Of a DNA stretch of 64,000 nt, positions 1-9,164 are shown one piece after another. Below the pieces are notes generated by a model, which ran no database searches, was not told where the DNA came from, and saw only the letters and a list, made by a program, of their open reading frames with translations. Position 1 is the stretch's first letter, and each line of letters opens with the position of its first letter. The stretch is from Chrysemys picta bellii (taxonomy: Eukaryota): assembly GCF_011386835.1 (NCBI RefSeq), contig NC_088792.1, positions 81,096,001 to 81,160,000 of the forward strand. Direction: 5' to 3'. The position numbers and the translations under genes were made by a program.

Positions 1-794
1 GGAAAGACAGAGTTTCCAAATGACTCTCCCATAAACGTATGTTTAAACTATTTGGTGGTGACAGCAACTAGACCTAAACTGGTATAAGCTTAGCGGGTGA
101 TCTCATGCAGGTCCCCACATCTGTACCCTAAAGTTCAGATTGGGGGGTGCAACCTATGACAGCTCCTAGCTTGTGCAGTGGAAGCTAGAGTCTGTTAGGG
201 GAGGGAAAATTGTGGGAAGGAAAGGCCCAGCTTGAGTCTTCTCCAGCTAGAGATATCTAGTCACAAATCTCTAATCTGTGTTTGAGATTTCAAACCTCAA
301 CCACATTCCACTCAGAAAAGCAAGCCAAGATGAGATAAATGTTTGTGACAAATAATTATTAATCATGTTTCATTACCCTCAGATTTGCATTAATATTTCA
401 GCACTCACTGCAGAAGCATAAATAAACTCCCTTGTAAAAACAAAACAAAAACCTCCTATAGAAACCCTGCCAGCTCCTAGCACAGATCATGGCCATGAAT
501 ATATTTCTTCTTGGAACTTTAAAAAGCCTGTATACATGGATTTTATTTCACACTATGGGCTCATTTGATCTGATAAACTCAGAGGCTTCCTGTGCTTTGC
601 AGCTCTAATCCTTTGGGGGACCCTTAGCTTAAATTACAGAGGAGACTAATTCTAATATACTCTGCTTACATTGCCACCTTCAACAAAGGCAAAACAAATA
701 ATCTCCTGCTAGCACCAAATCAAACCACATTCTGGCATTGGAAGAATTCTTTGTGGTGCCTTGAAGTTTGCCACACTTCAAGGAATATTGCACA

Positions 795-1070
795 CATTAT
801 TATTATTCGTGGTAGTAATATTACAGTAACATCTAGATGTACCAACTGAGATTGGAGCCCTGTTGTGCTAGGCACAGTAGAAACATAAGGTAAGAGACAC
901 AACCTGTGCCCTGAGGAGTTTACAATTTATATAGACAAAGGGTGAGAGAGAAATAAAGTCACTTCTCCACTTCTTGTCATACTGAAGGTGACATGGCAGG
1001 TCAGTGCCAGAGCCAGGAACAGAACCAGATCTCCTGGGTCCTAGTGCAATACCTTATCCACTAGATCATG
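795..1070. mobile_element. Old SINE/L2-tail-like fragment (MIR-like)
   Basis: Degenerate motifs resembling amniote MIR/L2-tail repeats (gccctgttgtgctaggcac, gccaggaacagaaccagatctcctg); boundaries approximate. Confidence 0.4.
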
Positions 1071-1506
1071 GTGGAATTTCACCAGAGGTAGGGAAATAGT
1101 CCCAACCTTCTTTCCAGTTGCTAGAATTCTAAAATGGGCTTCCTAAGAGCTCCTTCCAGCCAATCACTGGAGCAGGGCCAACTTGCAATTATCCTAAACA
1201 GAGCTCAAGTAAGGGAAGGAGAACTCCTATGTGAAAAAACACAGGTTTCCTCAACCATGGGTCAAATTTAAAACACCGTAAAGTGCATATTGCTTATTCC
1301 CCTCTGTATTTAGACTAAAATTCATCCCCTTCTGGTTTTGCTTAGCATATGATTATGGCAATATTAGGGACCAGTTCTTCCTGATATGATCCTGAGCTTC
1401 ACTGGGGAGGGAGAAGTGGTGACTTGCTTGAGTGGTGTTATCAAGATGCACCAAGCCTTTGAAATACAAAAGTCTACCAGGCACGGGGGAGGGGCATACC
1501 ATAGCA

Positions 1507-2514
1507 TACATAGCAGAGGGGCATTGCTGGCACATGATGGCATATATCACATTGGTAGATGAGCAGGTGAATGAGCCCTTGATGGTGTGGCTGATGTGGT
1601 TGGGTCCTATGATGGTGTCCCTTGAATAGATATGCGGACAGAGTTGGCAACGGGGTTTGTTACATGGGTTGGTTCCTGGGTTAGTGTTTCTGTGGTGTAT
1701 AGTTGTTAGTGAGTATTTGCTTCAGGTTGGGGGGGGGGGGCTGTCTGTAAGCGAGGACTGGCCTAACTCCCAAGGTCTGTGAGAGTGAGGGATCATCCAT
1801 CAGTATAGGTTGTAGATCCTTGATGATGCGCTGGAGAGGTTTTAGTTAGGGGCTGTAGATGATGGCTAGTGGCGTCCTGTTACTTTCTTTCTTGGACCTG
1901 TCCTGTAGTAGGTGACTTCTGGGTCCTTTCTGGCTAGCAATGCCCCCCTGCCATGTACATTGGCCAAACTGGACAGTCTCTACACAAAAGAATAAATGGA
2001 CATAAATCAGACCTCAAGAATTGTAACATTCAAAACAAGTAGGAGAGCACTTCAGTCTCCCTGGACACTCAATAACAGACTTAAAAGTTGCCATTCTTCA
2101 ACAAAAATAACTTCAAAAACAGACTTCAATGAGAAACTGCAGAACTGGAATTAATTTGCAAACTTGACACCATCAAATTAGGCCTGAATAAAGACTGGGA
2201 GTGGCTGGGTCACTACAAAAAATAATTTCCCCTCTGTTGATATTCACCCTTCTTGTCAACTGCTGGGAATGGGCCACATCCACCCTAATTGAATTGGTCT
2301 TGTTAGCACTGACCTCCACTTGGTAAGGCAATTCCCATCTTTTCATGTGCTGTATATTTATACCTGCTTACTGTATTTTTCACTCCATGCATCTGATGAA
2401 GTGGGTTATATACCATGAAAGCTTATGCCCAGATAAATTTGGTAGTCTCTAAGGTGCCATAAGGACTTCACATTGTTTTTACTGATACAGACTAACACGG
2501 CTACTCCTCTGAAA
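1507..2514 (+). mobile_element. Penelope-like element 3' part (GIY-YIG endonuclease region) with inverted 5' segment
   Basis: 1936-2220 (+) encodes degenerate QCPxAMYIGQTGQSL..RINGHKSD..ELELICKLDTIKLGLNKDWEWLGHY. 1507-1924 encodes the immediately upstream linker on the minus strand (RSHLLQDR..IYAIMCQQCPSAMY). The 3' end carries a hammerhead motif at 2389-2428. Confidence 0.85.
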
Positions 2515-2929
2515 TCTGTCACAATTTACTAAGACTCAATTCTATTTAAACCATGTTTCATTGACACCTTTATCCTGGCGTGTACTGTGTAAGAAGAGCT
2601 CTTCACTGTGTGAGATCAAACCTCCTTAAACAGTTGTTTTGAGGTTTGGTTTGTTCCTGATGTTCCTAGAGTGTTTTCTGTGGTCAAGTTTTTGCATTAT
2701 TTAGTGCGATGTGATCTTCAAGTGGCTTGTGAGGAGGCATCCACTGGTCACGTCTCCCTGGCTGAGGGGGAAAGAAAAGCAGAATTCTTCAGTTGCTAAG
2801 TCCCAGGGGGAGCCAGGGTAGGCTAGGGAAAGAGCACCGCGCTGGCTCCTGTTACATAAATTTAGATGGAACATATGGGCCCCAAAGAGTCAAAGATGTT
2901 AACGTAACCCTGCAACTGTCCAACATTAA

Positions 2930-4110
2930 AATGTGTTAAACAAGGTTACAGAGACTTTGGTCTCCTTTGTACCCTGGAAAATACATCATTAAACAACCTT
3001 TTAAACCTTTTATTAAAGACACAGAAAGGAAGGAAGAACAGTTAAAACATTTGGAATGTAAAATATTAAGTAAGGCTTTCCTTTTAACAACCTCTCTTGT
3101 TTCCTTTAGCTGCAGAGAGTCTTTAGAAGGAAAAACCCCTCATCGATGGTATTACAGATGGTGATAACTGTCCTTTTGGGGAAAAGAGAAGTTAGTTGAG
3201 TTGGGCAGGAGCTGTCATTGCTGTTGTTGTTAAACTCTGATCCCGTTTCCTAGAAGACAAAACAAAACAAAACAAACACACAAATGGTGAAAGAAAAGAA
3301 GAAAAAGACAGAAGATGTAGCTTCTGTTTCTGGCGTTGACTTTCGCTTGCAACCTTACTGCTGGAAAAACACAGGCCCGGCACACAGTCTCATCAGCCAC
3401 TGCGAGACCTGGCAAAATTGTATTGGCATCGGGCTGTTTAGGGCACTGCATTTAACTGCCTCCCTGCCCACAAGCGTACAGCAGTGTTGTAAAATATGTG
3501 GTCTTGGGCAGCTAAGCCAGACTCTTTTTAAACAGCAGGAAAAAGGAGAGGGATAGGAAAAAGGAAATAAGACAGGGAAGGAAAAGGATGCATGAGGGGA
3601 GAGAGACAAAGTCTTACATCCCAAATGGTGCTTTGGATTTAACTGGTGGAGGTGGTGGTGTTATCTGGATTTCTCTCTCTGGTCCAGTCTGCTCAGGACA
3701 TCTCTCAGGATTAGGATGAAGAAGGCACAATGGTGTGATGGTGGATCCCGGGGTCCCAGGAGATGGTGCAGGTGGCAGTTATGATGGTTAAGTTTGCTCC
3801 GTCCCCTTCTTTCACTCAGCCAGCATAGCTGTAGCCAGATTTCCCCCAAAAAGTGTCTCCTTTTTTTAAAACAACAAGGAGTCTGGTGGCACCTTAAAGA
3901 CTAACAGATTTATTTGGGCATAAGCTTTCATGGGTTAAAAACCTCACTTCTTTGGATGCATCCTTTTTAAAGGATCCCAAAAGGGAGAGAGGGACACCAG
4001 TTTTGGTTCATTGGTTTCCAGTCTCAAACTGTTCTTGTTTACTCGGCATGCTCTTAACACAGTGTTTGAATTATATTGATAGGCCTGTTTGTTTGGACTA
4101 ATTCAGTCTT
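2930..4110. repeat. Interspersed repeat, probably LTR-element derived
   Basis: Resembles a common turtle repeat from memory; no coding motif or termini established; interrupted by a short PLE fragment at about 3868-3960. Confidence 0.3.
3868..3960 (-). mobile_element. Short Penelope-like terminal fragment with degenerate hammerhead motif
   Basis: gtggcaccttaaagactaac..cataagctttcatggg..cacttctttggatgca; flanked by imperfect tcc(t)n-aaa duplication. Confidence 0.7.
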
Positions 4111-5432
4111 TCTGTCTTTTTTTTTTTTTTTTTTTTTTTTGCACTGTTTCCCATGAACATTTGTTGTTATAGATTACTGTGACTTTTTTTTTGGAACTTT
4201 CACTTTTTCATTTGAGGTCATGATTGGGATAAATTTGTAGGCCCAGTTATTACAACACTTCCTACAGTCCTCCTACTGCTGCAGCTACTCCTCGCCCATG
4301 CCTGCCCTAGCCCCTACCCCCAATCCTAGCCATACTGAGCTCTTTCCTCTTCCCTCCATTTATGTTGCACTCAATAGAGAAAGCCGCACTTCTTGAAGGT
4401 GAGGAATCAGCTTCACAGTCTCCTGTAGTACCACTGGTAAGTAGAGAAAGGGAGAATAGAAAGCTTAACACCCTTTAACTGTATCCAAAACAAACCCCTC
4501 AGCCAGCAGCCAGATCCCCACCAATAGCTCCAAAACCTGCCCCCCACTCCATCCAGAACCAGTAACAACATGACCCATACACTTAGCACTCTCCACTATT
4601 CTTTGCTTCCCTTTTACAGCACCATTTATACCCCACAAGCAGCACCAGCAGCATCCAAAAGTCATGCATAGTTTCTTGCCAAGACCTCAATCCCACAATC
4701 CTTTATAGCCACAAAGGATTATGGGATTTGGCAAGAAGCTGCAGGTAGTTTTGGAGTTCTAGGTGGGGAAAAAGTTGAGAGCCTCTCTTCTAAATGAAGC
4801 AGAAGGCACATATAATTGTGACGGGATCGGTCACAGAGATCCCCTTCGGACTGTTACCTGATGTGCTGAAATTACCTCTGAGCCTGTTTTCCCTGCCAGC
4901 CTTGGACTCCAGAACCCTGCCTTGTTGAGCCAGACACTTTAGCCTGGTGCAACACAGACCGAGGGTCTTGGCCATGTCCCAAAGCTGCAGATTTTAACTA
5001 AAAACATCTTGGCAGGTTACCTGTCTCCAGCAACCAGACACCCAGCTCCCAATGGGATCCAAAACCCGAATAAATCCGATTTACTCTGTATAAAGCTTAT
5101 ACAGGGTAAATTCATAAATTGTTCGCCCTCTATATCACTCATAGATGTGCACAGCTGCTTGCTACCGTAAGTATTAATCACTTACTCTGGGTTTATTAAT
5201 AAACAAAAGTGATTTTATTAAGTGTAAAAAGTAGGGTTTACGTGGTTTCAAGTAATAACAGACAGAACAAAGTAAGTCACCAAGCAAAATAAAGCAAAAA
5301 CGCACAAGTCTAAGTCTAATACATTAAGAAACTGATTACTGGTAATATCTCACCCTCAGAGATGTTCCAATAAGCTTCTTTCACAGACTAGAATCCTTCC
5401 TAGTCTGGGCCCAATCCTTTCCTCTGGAACAG

Positions 5433-5911
5433 TGTGGGGTCCCAGGCGGAGCGGATAAAGCACACGACCAATGTGGTTGCAAGCTGAATCCGAATCCTGT
5501 TTATTGCAAGCTTTCTTTTATAGTTTTTCTCTACATTACATAACACAATTAGGCTATAATCACACATCTACGGATTGGACAAGAAGGAGAATCATGTGTT
5601 TATCACATGTATAGCCCCACACCGATTGGTTCAACAGTTCCTTACATAAGGCCATGATTTATTACCTTGTTTACCTCATCTTATATAATTCCTAGACCAC
5701 CAGGGGGCCTTACATAAGGCCATGATCATCTTATATAATCCTAGACCACCAGGGGGTCTTACATAAGGCCATGATCATCTTATATAATCCTAGACCACCA
5801 GGGGGCCTTACATAAGGCCATGATTTGTTTACCTGGCAAGTGTCCCATCGTGACCCTTACCTCCTCATGGAACTTTCCATTAGGTTGGTGTAGGGATGAT
5901 ACATCCCCACA
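5433..5911 (-). repeat. 3' LTR of provirus
   Basis: Preceded on the minus strand by PPT; TATAAAA 5516-5522, AATAAA 5500-5505, CCAAT 5574-5578 and 5625-5629; 49-bp U3 repeats starting 5709, 5758, 5807 plus a longer variant at 5641. Confidence 0.95.
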
Positions 5912-5928
5912 CCTCCCCCCTTTTTCTT
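5912..5928 (-). promoter_or_regulatory. Polypurine tract
   Basis: Minus strand AAGAAAAAGGGGGGAGG directly abutting the TGT start of the 3' LTR. Confidence 0.9.
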
Positions 5929-5937
5929 AAATAAGGC

Positions 5938-6342
5938 CTATAGGAGGGTCCAACTAACATTAGGACAATTACTAGCCACCTGACTACTTTTTTTGAACCT
6001 ATAAAACTGACGACAGGTGACATTTAACAACTGGGAAATATATGGAGAACTATTAAAAAACATAATATTACATAAATACCCACGAAAACCATTGGGGATC
6101 CGATGGGGTGGCCATGAACAAGCAAAAAGGGCTTTTTGGCCAGTTTGGTTTGCCCAGGTGACCCAAACATTTTGTTGTGGGTTAACAAAAGGTACAGAGT
6201 TTGGACATACAAAGACCCCTGCTCCTATAATAAGGAGTCCGAACAAACAGAAGCACAGCATTATCAGGTGTCTAGGTTGTAGCAAACAACAAGTGCAAGT
6301 CCGGTGCCGCGGGGTCGTCATTTGGCTTCTGCATGGTGGCAT
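5938..6342 (-). pseudogene. env: Degenerate, internally deleted env (signal peptide, SU N-terminus, probable TM anchor)
   Basis: Hydrophobic LIMLCFCLFGLLIIGAG, then PQQNVWVTWANQTGQKA and, after a frameshift, FCLFMATPSDP, resembling ALV gp85 [21 protein letters not shown] (from memory). Hydrophobic VFVGIYVILCFLIVLHIFPSC in another frame lies just before the PPT. Confidence 0.75.
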
Positions 6343-6567
6343 GGTGTTCGGGTAGCATGTGCCGGAGGGATCTTATCCGGTGGTTTTTTCCTATATGTCC
6401 TTTTAAAGTTAGATAAGCCTGGCTCCGCCATTCTTTTTAACCTATTCTGCAACTGCTCACCCTGCCCCGGGAACTCCGCCCGGAACTCTGGGGTACAAAC
6501 ATCATTGGTGACAGGAAAGCCGGGCTGGTTCAGGGCTCGCAATGTGTGGGACTGCGGGGGATGGCTC

Positions 6568-6759
6568 TTACCGGCCAAATGGGACAACTGATTCAGCATG
6601 TCCTGTAGCTGAAGGCCCTGTTTGTACATTCCCGCGTTTCTGCCCCCATTTCAACAAACGGGACAACGCGTCAGAGGGAAGCTTCTCTCCCCGCTTTTTA
6701 GCGATGCGTAATAAAAAATCATGCACCGTCTCCTCCTCTGCAGACAAAGCAGAGCCCAT
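6568..6759 (-). pseudogene. gag: Truncated gag, betaretrovirus-like matrix N-terminus (63 codons)
   Basis: MGSALSAEEETVHDFLLRIAKKRGEKLPSDALSRLLKW: myristoylation motif MGxxxS and basic helix typical of betaretroviral MA; good Kozak context; 22 nt downstream of the splice donor. Confidence 0.8.
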
Positions 6760-6775
6760 TTTATTAAATGCAGCC

Positions 6776-6784
6776 GCTCACCTG
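6776..6784 (-). promoter_or_regulatory. Probable major splice donor of provirus
   Basis: Minus strand CAG|GTGAGC with GT at 6781-6780, between leader repeats and gag ATG. Confidence 0.7.
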
Positions 6785-7205
6785 TGAGCTCACGAACGTC
6801 TCTCTCGGACGACCAGGAGCCGGTATCCTCCGGTACCTCCTGCCGCGGCTGCCACCTCCGCCTTTTCTCACCGAACGCTTCAGTCGGCTGTGAGCTCACG
6901 AACGTCTCTCTTGGACGACCAGGAGCCGGAATCCTCCGGTACCTCCTGCCTCGGCTGCCACCTCCGCCTTTTCTCACCGAACGCTTCAGTCGGCTGTGAG
7001 CTCATGAACGTCTCTCTCGGACGACCAGGAGCCGGTATCCTCCGGTACCTCCTGCCTCGGCTGCCACCTCCGCCTTTTCTCACCGAACGCTTCAGTCGGC
7101 TGTGAGCTCACGAACGTCTCTCTCGGACGGCCAGGAGCCGGTATCCTCCGGTACCTCCTGCCGGGGCTGCCACCTCCGCCTTTTCTCACCGAACGCTTCA
7201 GTCGG
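6782..7205 (-). repeat. Four tandem 106-bp copies of proviral leader
   Basis: Units start at 6782, 6888, 6994, 7100; only a few substitutions between copies; GTGAGCTCAC palindrome in three copies, GTGAGCTCAT in the third. Confidence 0.95.
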
Positions 7206-7226
7206 CTGCCTCGATGTCCAAGCCGA

Positions 7227-7244
7227 ATCACGTCGGGGTCACCA
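7227..7244 (-). promoter_or_regulatory. Primer binding site, tRNA-Trp(CCA)
   Basis: Minus strand TGGTGACCCCGACGTGAT, 2 nt from the LTR; complementary to the 3' 18 nt of vertebrate tRNA-Trp. Confidence 0.95.
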
Positions 7245-7246
7245 TT

Positions 7247-7725
7247 TGTGGGGTTCCATATGGAGCAGATAAAGCACACGACCAATGTGGTTGCAAGCTG
7301 AATCCGAATCCTGTTTATTGCAAGCTTTCTTTTATAGTTTTTCTCTACATTACATAACACAATTAGGCTATAATCACACATCTACGGATTGGACAAGAAG
7401 GAGAATCATGTGTTTATCACATGTATAGCCCCACACCAATTGGTTCAACCGTTCCTTACATAAGGCCATGATTTATTACCTTGTTTACCTCATCTTATAT
7501 AATTCCTAGACCACCAGGGGGCCTTACATAAGGCCATAATCATCTTATATAATCCTAGACCACCAGGGGGTCTTACATAAGGCCATGATCATCTTATATA
7601 ATCCTAGACCACCAGGGGGCCTTACATAAGGCCATGATTTGTTTACCTGGCAAGTGTCCCATCGTGACCCTTACCTCCTCATGGAACTTTCCATTAGGTT
7701 GGTGTAGGGATGATACATCCCCACA
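7247..7725 (-). repeat. 5' LTR of provirus
   Basis: 479 bp; TATA 7330-7336, AATAAA 7314-7319; followed on the minus strand by the PBS. Confidence 0.95.
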
Positions 7726-8789
7726 GAACAGTCCTTGTTAGTTCCAGCAGACATCTCAGGTGGTGATCAGGGGCTTTCCCATGACTGGCAGCCCTCTTTG
7801 TCCTGCTCCACCCTCTTTTATAGCTTTGGCACAGGGTGGGAATCATTTGTTTGTGCTTGTCCCCACCCCCGCCTCATCACTGGAAAAGTACAAGGATTAA
7901 GATGGATTCCAGTATCAAGTGACATGGTCATATGTCACTGTAAGACTCCTAGTCTCCATTCTTCCTGGGTTGCCCCCCACCCACACACACAGAAAAGCAT
8001 GCAGGTAAATAAACCATTTACAACCAATTGTCCTAGTCAATGGGAGCCATCAAGATTCTAAACCACCATTAATGGCCCACCCTTTGCATAGTTACAATAG
8101 GACCTCAAAGTTATACTTCATATTTCTAGCTTCAGATACAAGAATGATACATGCATACAAATAGGAAGAACATATTCAGTAAGTTATAACCTTTGTTATG
8201 ATACCTTACAAGAGATCTTTTGCATAAAGCATATTCCAGTTACATCATATTCACACTCATAAGCATATTTCCATAAAACATACAGAGTGCAACATCACAA
8301 TAATATTTAGCAAGAACTCAGGAGTAGAATGGTGTGAATAAATATTTTTTTTTGGCTAGATGGCAGTTCCAAAAAATTTAAAAAAATAATTTTGGGTCAA
8401 ACAAAATGTTTTGTTTGATCTGAAATGAGAAGTTTGGTTTTGACTTAAAACTGGTTTTAAGATTTTTAATTGCATTTTTTATAAATAATATCAAAGGAAA
8501 TCAAATCAAATCAAAGTTGTTTCAAATCAAAACATTTCATTTAAAAACGTTGAAACAAAATGTTTCATTTTAGGGGGGATTTTTTTGTTTTGGTTTGTTT
8601 TTTGTCCGAAACAATTTAAATTTGACATGAATTTGCAAAATGTTTCAGTCAAACTAAATCTGCATTTCCTCTCTTACCCCGCAAAAAAAGTTCTGATAGA
8701 AAAATTTCACCCCATTCATGTCAGGAGACAAGAATGTCAGGAGGGAAGGCCCAGCACTTTGATTAGCTGCATGAGCACTACATTACAGT

Positions 8790-9010
8790 TATGTTGGTAC
8801 AACATACATCTCTCAGGGGTGTGATTAAACCATCCCTGAGCAACATAAGTTGCACCAATCTAAGCACCGGTGTGGACATCGCTATGTCGTCAGGAGAGCT
8901 TCTCCCGCTGACATAGCTACTGCCTCTTGCGGAGGTGCTCTTACTATGCTGATGGGAAAGCTCTCTCGCATCGGCATAGAGTGTCTTCACCAGATGCTTC
9001 TAGTGTAGAT
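8790..9010. mobile_element. Degenerate PIF/Harbinger-type MITE fragment
   Basis: Ends in tagtgtaga like the TIR of the intact MITE at 15802; internal imperfect palindromes. Confidence 0.45.
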
Positions 9011-9164
9011 TAGCCCTGAGTCTGCTCAGGCATCTAAAACAGCAAATTCACAGTGTGTGCATGCTCAGCATGTATTAGCATAGAATAACATGATACCTAC
9101 AGGATGCTTACAGAGCATATTCCATCTAATGTACTATAGCATCTGTGACATTGTCTAATTAAAA

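Larger units (their letters stand above)
5433..7725 (-). mobile_element. Young non-autonomous endogenous retrovirus (class II, alpha/beta-like), internally deleted, no recognisable pol
   Basis: Two 479-bp LTRs with 8 mismatches; TGTGGGG..CCCCACA termini; 6-bp TSD GAACAG (5427-5432, 7726-7731); PBS-Trp, PPT, gag and env fragments. Confidence 0.95.
4817..8299. mobile_element. Older solo LTR (about 1184 bp net) interrupted by the young provirus
   Basis: TGTGA..TCACA termini; 5-bp TSD ATAAT at 4812-4816 and 8300-8304; related partial copy at about 57330-58109 is uninterrupted across the insertion point. Confidence 0.85.

Noticed and set aside
6782-7205. CRISPR-like or coding interpretation of the 106-bp array and the several ORFs crossing it
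   Set aside because: The units are contiguous with no unique spacers and sit in a retroviral leader. A length of 106 shifts frame in each unit, so the repeated peptides are artefacts.
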